Source of the DNA: Chrysomallon squamiferum
Lineage: Eukaryota > Animalia > Mollusca
Direction of reading: 5' to 3'
Assembly (NCBI GenBank): GCA_012295275.1
Contig: CM022676.1
Span: 9,734,001-9,798,000, forward strand
Length of the DNA stretch: 64,000 nt
The position numbers and the translations under genes were made by a program. Positions 13,233 to 26,439 of this stretch are shown here, one piece after another; the first letter of the stretch is position 1, and every line of letters starts with the position of its first letter. Below the pieces are notes generated by a model, which was not told the origin of the DNA, did no database searches, and saw nothing but the letters and a program-made list of their open reading frames with translations.

Positions 13233-14305
13233 ACATACTCAGACATTCATCTAGCCTTCACTCTTGCATAAGAAACATAAACTAACCTTGTTGTTTATGA
13301 ATCGTTGATGTATTTCAGACAGAGGAAATCCTGTATTGGACTGTAATACAAGAACTGTTATTTATTTTTTTTATTATTAAAGCTTATACTGACTGATTAA
13401 TTCACAAACCCCCCCTCAAACCTCTCCAAAAAACCCATTGCATAAACATGTTAAAAGTTACACACACAACATTTTTAATTTTATTTTTTCTATTTTATTA
13501 TTATTTTTATTGTTATATATACACACACGCACACATGCATATATTATGAATATCAAAACTAAAACAATTAGACAAAAGCAGGAAAGGGGTTTGTATGATG
13601 TCGAGAGAGAGAGAGAGAGAGAGAGAGACGTATCAAAACATGTATACATTTATTTTAAACTATACAAACATGAATAGGTAATTATTTCTTTGATAGTTTA
13701 ATAAATTTGTAAGCTGTTACAGCAACCATAATATTGTTTAAAATAATACAAAGATTATTTATAATTACTTACAAACAGTGGAGTTATTTGTGGAAATTTA
13801 TTTTAAAACATAAAAACATAAATTACTTTCATGTTTGCTTGGTTTTTAGGGCATTTCAGATATGTTTAAGATTATGCTTCTGTTCATATTTATTTATGTT
13901 TAACCTTCAGCCATTACAAAGAACATTGACATAACCATTGTCATGTATTTTTGCTATATTTTATTTTTTTGAAGATATATATATATATAAATATATATAT
14001 ATTGAGGTTTCGCTACATATTGTAAGAAATGGCGAGCCTGTCATCACTTCCAGCTTACGACAAGTTCAGCAACCCGTTTATTTAGTGAACCTCGGTTTGT
14101 ATAATAAATATTAAACAGACACTTTGATGTTAATAGTTAATGCATTTGATGCAGTTATTTATAGGAGTGTTTTTGACAAACAAGTAATAGGAATATTGTT
14201 CAAAGTACTTGTACCATGAAGATGTTTTGTACCATCCCTTCGTTTAACTTGCACCAGTTGCACTGATTCCTTCCATCCCTTTCACAGATGCTGTGGAGAT
14301 CACTG

Positions 14306-14347
<42 letters not shown>

Positions 14348-14375
14348 GCACACACACACATATATATATATATAT

Positions 14376-17208
14376 GGGTCATTCCGTGTCAAATCACCCA
14401 ATGGTTTAAACCCGACCGTCTCAGATTTTTATGAAACTTGGTATACTTGTTGACTGGGATCCCACAGCACCAAATCTGACATTTTAGCTCAATCAGACCA
14501 GTGGTGTGGGAGATACGGCCCACGGAATTTTGAGATTTTTGCCAAAAATGGGTGTGACAACCAACCTTAGAACCCTCATATCTCAGGAACTACTGGGCCA
14601 ATCTTCACAAAATTGGTATTGTTAGAAAGGCAAAATGACAAGGATACCAAATCTGCCAATTTTGTTTAGTTTGGAAAATATTGGAGTACCTTGACCTTTT
14701 GACCTTTGCTATGACCTTGAAATTGACCGTGTGGATCACGTGATCTTGAGATGACCTTTATTGAAATTTAATCTCCCACATGTTAACTAAAACATATAAA
14801 AGTTTCCTGGGTGTAATATTTTTTTTTAGCCACAATATAGATTTAAAAATGCACATACCTGAAAAATAACACCTTTTCAGCCATTAACATCTGATTGACT
14901 AAAACCTGAATGATCAATTCTGGATGCTAAGAATCACCATCTCTCTTGATCATTGAGTAAGACATTGTAGGCCTACATGTATGCATAAAGTTCACATATA
15001 AAAGTTTCCTGGGTATAATATTTTTGTTTAGCCTTAATAGAGATTTAAAAAAATGCATACCTGCATGGATGATTGATACAATGCATTACAATGTACATTT
15101 TCTCTGAGACTAAAACTCATCTTTGGAGTTAAAACCCACCTGACATGTCTGAAGGAATGCCTGAAGGATATGAAAAGATGCCAAATGGCATGACATGTTC
15201 TACACAATCAGGCTCAAAGGGTTAACAGGAAGTAATGCTTCAGGCAGGTCAGGAGCTCCTTTAGATTCCCTGGTGCAATCCCCATTGAGCACATGGCAAT
15301 TTGAAGTTTAAGACAAAGAAGTTTCTTCATCTGCATTTCTTTGACAATCTGAAGCTTTTTAAGTTGGACACAATGTCAGATGTTGATATATAAACAATAT
15401 TTTTATTTCATAAAACCTGTTACGTAATTTTATCATGTCATGTGGGCCTTGCCATTGGTTTTGAACAAGGTTTCAGTCAACAGTACAACCCAGTCTGAAA
15501 TCAGATGTCATCAAGTGATGCACTGCATAATGTATTTGTACACCAAGTCTTCGGCACAGATTATGAATAAGGTCTACTTCACCTTAATAAACTGTGATTT
15601 ATACTTGAGAAGATTGACATAAATGACTAAGACTTGTGGGCCTTTGGCAATATCACATGTACTCTGCTGCCATTTTATGACCTGCTTAACTTTACTGAAA
15701 GGGTTTCAGGATTTGATTTAATATTTAGGAAAGCACTGACTTTGTTCTATTGAACAATACTGAAAATCCTTATTTCTTCCAGAGCTAACTGCAGCTTTAA
15801 CTCTCCTAAAAATGTGTGTTATCAACACCATCATATCAAAAAGGAGTTGTTGCGAAGTGTATGGAAAACTGAGGAAATCGAACTCCTCACTCTTTGAAGT
15901 GGGATCAAAACACAGGACATCAAGAGTATCATGAACAAGAACTTTTCATCAAATTTTCAACATCGCAGAAAAACTGTTGTGATCCCCTTAATCGCCACCC
16001 TGAGCAAGCATGCACTAGATCTTTAAGAATTGTTAGCATGGGCACTTACAAATGCTTAGTAAATCCTCCAAAGACACTAGTGTCAGGAGACAAGTTGTGC
16101 TGTGACTGTCTGATTACCCTTCAGAAATCAAAGGTCCTGCAGAGGATGGCTTTAGTATGGGTGGTACTACAATGGGAGAATTTGGTGATAACTTGCCAGA
16201 CAAACCCGCTGGTTGTTGTTTCCCCAGAAAAGGACTTTGATTTGAATTACATTCTGTTGAGTTTAGGCGAAACGCCTGTCAAACTCCATTCACTAGCACA
16301 TTCCAGTAAATGAATAAAAGGACAGAAAAAACTAGCATCAGCTACAGTAACATTAAAATGACATCTTAATGTCTGAATCCTATCCAGAGCGTGTGCAAAT
16401 CTTGATTTTGTCACCCTTTACCATTGAAAGGACAATGAATTGAAGGAGGAAATAATCCAATTTTATGAAAGTGATGAGAACAGTAGAATGTGTCTGGGAA
16501 TGAAGGATACAGTGAGCATTTGAAACAAACATAGTGAGAAGGTTAAGCATCAGAAACACCTAGTTCTCTCAAATTTATGTGAACTTTATACATACATGTA
16601 GGCCTTCAATGTCTTACTAGATGATCAAGAAAGATGGTGATCCCTAGCATCCAGAATTGATCATTCAGGTTTTAGTTAATCAGATGTTAATGGCTGTAAA
16701 CGTGTTATTTTCAGGTATGTGCATTTTTTAAATCTATATTGTGGCTAAACAAAAAATATTACACCCAGGAAACTTTTATATGTTTTAGTTAACATGTAGG
16801 AGATTAAATTTCAATAAAGGTCATCTCAAAATCACGTGATCCACACGGTCAATTTCAAGGTCATAGCAAAGGTCAAAAGGTCAAGGTACTCCAATATTTT
16901 CCAAACTAAACAAAAATGGCAGATTTGGTATCCTTGTCATTTTGCCTTTCTGACAATACCAATTTTATGAAGATTGGCCCAGTAGTTCCTGAGATATGAG
17001 GGTTCTAAGGTTGGTGGTCACACCCATTTTTGGCAAAAATCTCAAAATTCCGAGGGCCGTATCTCCCACACCACTGGTCTGATTGAGCTAAAATGTCAGA
17101 TTTGGTGCTGTGGGATCCCAGTCAACAAGTATACCAAGTTTTATAAAAATCTGAGACGGTCGGGTTTAAATTTCTTTTTTTTTTGGGTGATTTGACACGG
17201 AATGACCC
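14376..17208 (+). mobile_element. Sola2-like DNA transposon, non-autonomous deletion derivative with long TIRs
   Basis: Termini GGGTCATTCCGTGTCAAATCACCCA ... TGGGTGATTTGACACGGAATGACCC. TIRs at ~14376-14998 and ~16576-17208 are highly similar. ATAT on both flanks fits a 4 bp TSD. 5'-GRG ends, long TIRs and a 4 bp AT-rich TSD fit Sola2. Confidence 0.88.
15783..16600 (+). pseudogene. Decayed Sola2-like transposase N-terminal half
   Basis: Motifs across frames and stops: EEIELLTL*SG; QKNCCDPLNRH...RSLRIVS...LVSGDKLCCDC; LNYILLSLGETPVKLH; ERVQILILSP; IIQFYESDENSRMCLGMKDTVSI*...KVKHQKHLVLSNLCELY. The catalytic region is absent. Confidence 0.75.
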
Positions 17209-18184
17209 ATATGTAGTAAGCAAAATATAGACTCAAGGACAATTTCGTTTTTTTTTAACCTCATAAATTTTTTTTCTTCTTGTCGTCATCTCCTTTTCTA
17301 TGTGTTATTTTTATTTCGTAATATGTCATGAAATGTCACCTAAAGTGATATGGATGAGTAATTCCATTTCATTTTTTACAAACCTGACACAAAGCAATGA
17401 TTAGAATGGAAAAACGTGTTCAGCAAGCAATCGTAATATCTCCTTGATGATTATAGGCAGTCTTCAGTTTCGGAACTTTCCGTGAGTTACAATCTGGTGA
17501 TGGCTTATATACAAGATGAAGAATTAATCAAAATGGTAAAGATAAGTAGAATTTTTTTAAAACCTTGTAAAACTAGAGTCTGTGATTCGCAAATCATTTA
17601 ACTTTGGTTCTGATGGGAAGTAGATTAGTGAATAGACGCTTGGCAAGATGCATTGTGGGATGTTATGTGCTTTTGGAGAAGAGATTTTCGATATTTATTC
17701 ATGGGATTCTGGTTATCATGAAGAATAGCCGAGTGTTGTTCATCTTGCAAACCTCAAAGGAGAACTGAAACCCATGGCCTCACATAGATGGGTAGTTTTC
17801 ATGAAGTACGATAATCAATTTTAGAGCTCTGTTGATCATGGGAAATAGCCAAAGGTCAAATCTTAAGGGTACTGAAAGTTGGTTACTTTCATCATAAATT
17901 ATGTATATTTATCATATGGATAGATTATAAGTTTGTATCATGATATTTATATATTTTTAAAATTATGTCACAGTACATTAAGATAGATAGGTTTACATTT
18001 ATATCATAGATTATTGTACATACGTACAGAGGTGCTGCATGGATACATATAAAGACACACACACACACACACACACTCATGTCAATAAATATATATATAC
18101 TTTTATACTGTCATGTTTACGTATATCTTGTTATTGATATCTTTATGAAAATAAAGTCTGCAATAGGAAAAATCCAAGAGTACA

Positions 18185-18245
18185 CATGAAGGGGATTGAA
18201 CCGGTAATCCATCACGCTTGAAACCATCATTCAAACTGCTCAGTA
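18185..18245 (-). mobile_element. Possible tRNA-derived SINE head remnant
   Basis: The minus strand reads ccGGTTCAATCCcc (Pol III B-box-like) at 18191-18204. There is no cloverleaf. Confidence 0.3.
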
Positions 18246-18620
18246 TCAGTCCATTCGTGTACTGTGTATCTTGTTTTAGTGTATCTTGTTCTAGTGTATC
18301 TTGCTCTCTCGACAATATTGATCTGGTTTGTGTCTTATCTTTCCTTGTTTAAATGGCTAGAGGAACAGGATAGAGTACAAATTATTTACAAAGCATACAA
18401 GATGAAATTACACTGTAAGTAATTCTGACAGGAAAGAGAGAAGATGGAATGAAAGGAAGATAAAAAAAAAAAAAAAAAAAGAAGGTGATGAAGTTTGCAA
18501 AGCATAAATTTATTTGTAATTAATCTCAACAGAATGGAAAGAAAGAGAATGAAGAAAAGGAAAGAGAGAAGAATGAAAGGAAGGAAAGAATGACCTGAAG
18601 GGAAAATAATTAAAATTTAT

Positions 18621-19465
18621 GGAGTATCAGTCTGTTAACAGTGGATATCAGTCTGTTAACAGTGGATACCAGTCAGTTAACACTGGATATCAGTCTGTTA
18701 ACACTGGATATCAGTCTATTAACAGTGGATATCAGTCTGTTAACATTGGATAACAGTCTGTTAACATTGGATATCAGTCTGTTAACAGTGGATATCAGTC
18801 TGTTAACATTGGATAACAGTCTGTTAACATTGGATATCAGTTTGTTAACACTGGATATCAGTCTGTTAACATTGGATATCAGTCTATTAACATTGGATAA
18901 CAGTCTGTTAACATTGGATATCAGTTTGTTAACACTGGATATCAGTCTGTTAACATTGGATACCAGTCTGTTAACATTGGATAACAGTCTGTTAACAGTG
19001 GATACCAGTCTGTTAACACTGGATATCAGTCTATTAACATTGGATAACAGTCTGTTAACATTGGATATCAGTCTGTTAACACTGGATATCAGTCTGTTAA
19101 CACTGGATATCAGTCTATTAACATTGGATAACAGTCTGTTAACAGTGGATACCAGTCAGTTAACACTGGATATCAGTCTATTAACATTGGATAACAGTCT
19201 ATTAACATTGGATATCAGTCTATTAACATTGTATATCAGTCTATTAACATTGGATAACAGTCTGTTAACAGTGGATACCAGTCAGTTAACACTGGATATC
19301 AGTCTGTTAACACTGGATATCAGTCTATTAACATTGGATAACAGTCTGTTAACAGTGGATATCAGTCTGTTAACACTGGATATCAGCCTATTAACAGTGG
19401 ATATCAGTCTATTAACATCGGATATCACTTAGCATATAGATATCAGTCTTTTAACACTGGATATC
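18621..19465. repeat. 21 bp minisatellite (ggatatcagtctgttaacact), ~40 copies
   Basis: Direct tandem periodicity, which accounts for the LDISLLT pseudo-ORF 18641..19432. Confidence 0.97.
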
Positions 19466-21672
19466 AATATGATAACAATAGATGCCAGTCAGCATGAGGA
19501 TTTGAACCAAGATTCTTTCTGTTTTAAAATTCGCAAAATAATGAGTGCAAAATTTTACAGCAGAGAAGAAAATCACAAGCTGTATTTACAGGCTGTTAAA
19601 AAAAAAAAAAAAAAAAACCTGTGCAAGATATCAGTGACATTTGAAATAACATTCTTTGTTTTCTTTCTCATGATCTTTTCATGTTGTAAGCTAAGGTTTA
19701 TTTTTTATTTTTTATTTGATATGAGCATTACAGACATACACGTGCTGCTGCTCATGCATTCTGCTACCACTGACAGTTTTTGACAGTTAATATAGATACA
19801 GACATGCATGCTATGCAACACTGTTTTGCTTTTGCATACAAATAGACACACTTGAATGCATGCATGCATGCATGCAAAACAGAGAGCATTCTATTAGCCA
19901 ACGAAGAAATGCAAGCTTTAAAACAAACAGCCGATATATTCTGATCGGTATGTACCAGCATTCATAAATATGTAGTATATATATATATATATACATGCTT
20001 ATATACACATATATCCCACATGTGCATAAGCACACACACATACACAAACACATACATATACACACACAGTGAACAAACAGAAACATTTGTGTACACATTG
20101 ATATATTTACAGTTATACCTATCTATACCTACCAACATCTATGCATACACAAACACATACATAAACACATACATACATACATACATACATACCACATGTA
20201 TAGGCACATGTTTATGCATATGCACAGACCCATGCGCACAAGCTCATCTGTATGTACATACATGTATACAGAACAGAAGAATGTGTTTATATAATTGGAA
20301 AGTTAAAGTGACAAGCTGCCAGGGAAATTCGGTCAGGGTTAAGATGAAAATTTCTGACCTCATTCTTAGGATACCTTCAGGATATATATATATTGTGTGT
20401 GTGTGTGTGTGTGTGTTTGAGAGTATTATATTTCTTATCTCATTCTTACAGTACACCCAAAATACTTGTGTACACACACACACACACTAACACACACACA
20501 TGTACACGCATACATACATACATATATGTAGACACATACACTAACACACACACATGTACACGCATACATACATATATGTACACACACACACACACATGTA
20601 CACACACACACGCACAAGCACATGTACACGTGTACAGACCTAGGTATGTGAATATGCGAGTGCTTGTGTAATTATTGTATGTGTCACTTTCTGTTCGGCC
20701 CAGACTTCCTTTCTTTCTCTCTCTCTTCTCATCTTTATATCTGTGTATCTCCTCGCTCGTTCTTTCTCTCAGTCTGTCTCATACCGTCTCTCACACTCTT
20801 TCTTTTGTCTCTGTCTCTGTCTGTCCCTCTTCAGGTGTCTGTGTGTGTTCAGGCAACACACCAGGACAGGTAAACACAACATTTGTTTTCACGTTTAAAC
20901 AGAAAACAACACTGCCACACAAACCAGGTTAAAAAAATTAACTTCATTATTTTATTTCTGCAAAAAAAAAAAAAAAAAAAAAAAGCCATGAACTGAATAA
21001 TACCCATAAAAAAACCCAAAAAAAACATTTCTGAAGTTTATATTCCAAATATTTAGTTTTCAAATCATTGTCAAACTTCTATTTGTATCTTTCACAGGCT
21101 TCTTATACAAATTCATTTTTTCAAATTATTCATTATTCTCAGAGATTTTATTATGTAGCATATAATTTTGAGTGTGCAGTCTGTCTATCCTTTCTGTACT
21201 TTCAACAGATATTGTTAAATAAGCCATGTGAATATTATGTATCCTACATTTAACATTTTGTTGTTAAAAGTTTTATCGTTTGGTTGCACCTATTGTTCAT
21301 TACTGTACTGTGTGAATTATTGATTGGATTAGCCTTTTCGAAATTTTCCCATGCTGCATTGCACTCACTGATGAACAAACACTGTCTGAAGAGAAAGCTA
21401 CTGAACTATGTACATGTGCTGTCAAAAAAGTAAAAAAAAAAAAAATGTAATTGTTTTCCTTAAGGATAAAAAAATATTCATTTTTTGTTACATTTGAAAC
21501 ATAAAGGTATGTGTGCATGTGTATGTGTATTTGTGTATGTGTGTATGTATGTGTGTGTGTGCATGTATATATATGTGTGTGTGTGCGTGTATGCATATAT
21601 GTATATGTATTTATATGCATTTTTGTATGTATGTGTATATGTGTCTGCCTATGTTTATGTATGTATGATTGT

Positions 21673-21705
<33 letters not shown>

Positions 21706-21803
21706 ATTGTAAGTATGTGTTTATATATTTGTGTGTAAATGTGAGTATGTATGATCGTAAATGTGTATGTGTGTAATTGCAAGATTTTAATTATTTGTGT
21801 GTG

Positions 21804-21842
<39 letters not shown>

Positions 21843-22262
21843 CGCATGTTGTGTGTGTGTGTATATGATTTTAATTATGTGTGTGTTGTATTGTTTACAG
21901 ATTCAGATATTTTTTCTTGCACAGATGCATACACTAATACTGTAGTTATTTACTGTATACACTTATTTTATTAATTTTGATATGTGAATTGTATAGTTGT
22001 GACATCACTGCTTTTGTTTTGTGTGTGTGTTTGTATATAGAAATATTTATTTAGGATATACTTTTACTACACAGTCTTCATTTCATAAATATGCTCTCTT
22101 TCTCTCTCAGTCTCTTTTTATTTTTCTCTTTCTCTTGTTCCCTATCTCTGTCTTTCTTTCTCTCTCATTTTCTTTCTATCTCATTTCTCTCTCTGTTTCT
22201 CTCTCTCCATCTCTCTCTCCATCTATCTTTCTCTTTTTCTCTCTCTCTTTGTCTCTTTCTTG

Positions 22263-22352
<90 letters not shown>

Positions 22353-23406
22353 CTCTCGCAGTATAACCACAGAAATAATATATCCAATATAGTGTATATG
22401 AAGGTAAGCTTCTAGTGGTAACAGCTATGCAAATGAGGAAAGATAAATTCTAATTCACACAAACCACTCAACAGCTGCTGAACTGGGTCTGCTGTTTTTT
22501 TGTTGTTTTTTTCAATTTCCTAAGAAAGGTTTTGGGTGTTATTTCAATACACGACAACTTCAGTTCCCACGAGTGAATTGTATTCACAGTTTAGAATCCA
22601 AATTTTCAATTCCCCCGTTCAAACTGTCGGAAGATATTACTAATTTTGGTAGTCGATATTAATAAAGTTTACCCCCCTCAAATGGCGTTATGATGATTAA
22701 TTATGTGCGAATTTAAGTCCGTGTAAAATGCAGCTAAATGTTGTTGGTTTTTTTTTTTTTTTTTTTAATCAATGTATGTCTATCAGTAATAGCAAATTTT
22801 ATTTAAAACATATGTAGATCAATTTAAAAAGAAAATAGATTGCAAAGGAAAAAAGTATTCATAAAAAAAAAAAAAAACACATGTATTTGTGCACAGGTTT
22901 GCTATAAAAGATTTCTTATAATAATAAAAAGTGAAATATAAAAAAAAAATAATATACATTTTTTTTTTCTTTTATATTTTTCAAAACAAATTCTGAAAAT
23001 AAATAAAGAAAACATTTTAATAAGTAAACTACTAATGAAAGCAAAGAGTCAACAAGAAGAAATATGTCAAACCTTTTTTTTTTTGTGTGTTTAGTTCTTG
23101 ATATGTACATTTTGGCTTATTTCATTTTTTAGTATCAAAAATTCCTAATTCCTATAAACAGTTTTTATTACATATTTATTGTGAAAATTTTTTACTGGTA
23201 ATTTTTTAATTTTTTTTTTTATAATTGTTGTTTTTTACCTTTTTGCACTCACACACATATACATTCACACATACATCATACATCATACCCCCCACACACC
23301 ACACACACACATGCATGCAGAAACACACAAAAAACACACTTGTTCAGACATACACACACACAGACACAAACACAAACAACACCCAAACGCAGAACACATT
23401 CAAAAT

Positions 23407-23464
<58 letters not shown>

Positions 23465-23824
23465 ACATACACATACACACACATGACACACAGAAGAAAC
23501 CAAAAGTACAGTCATTTCACTTGTCACATGTGGCTTGAACTTAAAAACGTTTATTTGAAGTGACACCATTGTAACATATTGCCTCATTCTGCACCCACTG
23601 CTCATTCAACTCTCACTGTGAATTTAGTTACCTTTTCAAACTGAGAGAAACCACATCAAGAACAGAAGACAGACACCAAAACCTTTTCAGAACACTTGTT
23701 TGGGGAAATGGTTGGAATGGGAATTAATGGAATAGGTGAAATTGGCATTTTCTGCAGCAAACTCTCTTTCTATGTAGATGTAGAGTGCTTATCAAATAGG
23801 CAAGGATCAGAAGAATACAGTGTA

Positions 23825-24262
23825 CACTGGATAATGCATTGGATAATATACAGGATAATACACAGGATAATATACAGGATAATACACATTATAATATACA
23901 TGATAATGAATAGGATAAGACAAGATAATACACAATATAATACACAGCATAATACACAAGATAATATACAAGATAATACATTAGATAATACACAAGATAA
24001 CAGGGTAAGACACAAAATAATACATAGGATAATACACTGGACAATAAACATGATAATGCATAGGATAAGACACAAGATAATACACATGATATAATACACT
24101 AGATAATACACAGAATAATACTTAGGATAATATACATGATAATACACAGACTAATACTTAGGATAATATACATGATAATACACAGACTAATACTTAGGAT
24201 AATATACATGATAATACACAGACTAATACTTAGGATAATATACATGATAATACACAGGCTAA
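23825..24262. repeat. ~12 bp degenerate repeat (gataatacacag) grading into a 36 bp unit
   Basis: 12 bp periodicity throughout. About four near-identical copies of gataatacacagactaatacttaggataatatacat at ~24103-24260. Confidence 0.9.
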
Positions 24263-24399
24263 TATGTATTAAGAAAGAGGACATAAAAGAACAATAGAAA
24301 AGTTCAATAAAGAAAACAAAGAGGTAAAAATGGTGCTTTGTACTTGTAAGAAAGAATAACATCTTGTACCAGTCTTTGGTTACTTTAACATGTGTTGAT

Positions 24400-24789
24400 T
24401 ACATCTGTAAATAAAATATTCCTTCTTTTTTTTCCACATATTTTTTATACTGACAACAGATTTCCTAAATTTATTGTATGTATCTTTAAATAAAATATTC
24501 CTTTTTTTTTCATATATTTTTTTGTTTTACTGACAACAAGATTTCCTATGTCATCTCTCTTTATGTATTACAGAATATAAATTTTGTTTTGAAATTTATT
24601 TATTGTGTGTATCTTTAAATAAAATATTTTTTGTTTTCTTCCATGTATAAATTTCCTCATCAAGAAGTTTCCTTTCTGTTAACAATACGTATGATTTCTT
24701 ACAATTGCAGGTTATTTATGTTTTGAGTGCATTATTAAAGGAAATATTTCTCTTTTTTTCTATTTTCTCAAGCATCCAGTTACCTCTGT

Positions 24790-24826
<37 letters not shown>

Positions 24827-25220
24827 TTCTTAATATGTACAGTACCTGACAAATGCAGACTAAAAATGTTTTGAGAACGTCTTTTAAATAAATAATTTCT
24901 TTTGTCTATATCTTTTTCCGACAACATATTTCCTATATCACGTATCAGAGATCATTCATTATATAAAGTCTTTGAGTACATCTTTAAATAAAATATTCCT
25001 TATATACAGTTTTCTGACAATATGTTTCCTATTTCGTGCATCAGAGGTCGTTCTTTATATAAGGTTACTGAATATATCTTTACATACAGTATTCCTGCCT
25101 TCCGTTTATATTTTCTGCATACATTTTTCTCTGTCTTAATAAGTCATTTGAGGCCTTGTAACTGCAGGTTATTAGTGTTTTGGGTGAAACATTAAATAAA
25201 AGATATGTTTTTTTTTTCCA
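24400..25220. repeat. Old degenerate tandem repeat (tctttaaataaaatattcc ... tgacaaca..tttcct)
   Basis: The motif pair recurs several times at ~75-120 bp spacing. Confidence 0.6.
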
Positions 25221-26207
25221 GGTATTTTTCTATTTCATTAAATATCCTTTGTAACCATATACCTGTGTAAACCCTAATAATATGTACGACATCCAACAGC
25301 TGCAGAATAAGAATGTCCATTTTAAAAAAAATATATATATATATATATATATTCCTCTCTTATTTTGTGTGTTTTTTTGTCTATGCTTTTTAGATTCCCT
25401 GGCCTTATTTCTCTGTAATGATTAACCCAGATTATGATGTCACAGAGTCTATAAATTAGAAGTTCTTCATTAAGTGAAATTCTTTCTTCAGACCAAAGCC
25501 CTAACCATGATCTGAAAGCCAATCGCAAAATGACTAGAGTAGACACAGATCAATAATAACAGCGAACGTGAGATAAGTAACATTAAAAATATATGCACAA
25601 AGCAAAAGATAAGTCTGTGGTGTATGATAGATTTCTTATTGTTTTGGTTTTTTATTGAGTAAAATAGGGATTACGGAAAATAACTTGTAATATTGGAAGA
25701 CGTGCTAACGTTAATACAGGTTAGAATGTATGATATTAATATTCATTCTTTCTTTCTTTCTTTCTTTCTTTCTTATTTAGATTATTGAGTATTGTAGATA
25801 TGAAGTTTAATACAGGTAAAATATATAATATTAACAGTCTTTCTTTCTTTCCTTCTTTCCTTTCTTTCCTTCTTTCTTTTTTTCCTTCTTTCTTTCTTAT
25901 TTATATTATTAAGTACTGTAGGAGATGATAACTTTAAACAAAAATATATAATATTGATATTCATCCAATCCTTCTTTCTTTTTTTTTCTTATTTATTTAG
26001 ATTATTACAGGAGATAATAACTTTGTAGGAATAACAAAATATTTTTTTCTTTCTTTTTTATTTCCTTTATTATTCTTTCTTTCTTTAGATTTATATCAGG
26101 ACTCATTTGATGTTTTTTTTTCCTTCTGGAATTATATATTTTTTTTATTCAAGTCAAATATTTTATGTTTAGAGATAATTATTATGTATGTTTATGTGTA
26201 TGTGTAT

Positions 26208-26241
<34 letters not shown>

Positions 26242-26250
26242 CACACACAG

Positions 26251-26287
<37 letters not shown>

Positions 26288-26300
26288 CACACACACACAG

Positions 26301-26379
<79 letters not shown>

Positions 26380-26439
26380 ATTTATATCTTTTTTTCTTTT
26401 ATGAGAGAAATATTTCATTCTATACATTGGATTATGTTT

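Noticed and set aside
15440-15622. 60 aa ORF inside the transposon as a cargo gene
   Set aside because: It is short, has no recognisable motif and lies in decayed internal TE sequence.
18641-19432. 263 aa ORF of LDISLLT heptads
   Set aside because: It is a by-product of a 21 bp minisatellite. It starts at GTG, has no unique flanking coding sequence and lacks splice support.
20835-20869. 35 nt exon candidate after a CT-rich tract
   Set aside because: The donor (GTAAAC) is weak, and inclusion would lead into the frame that stops at 61921.
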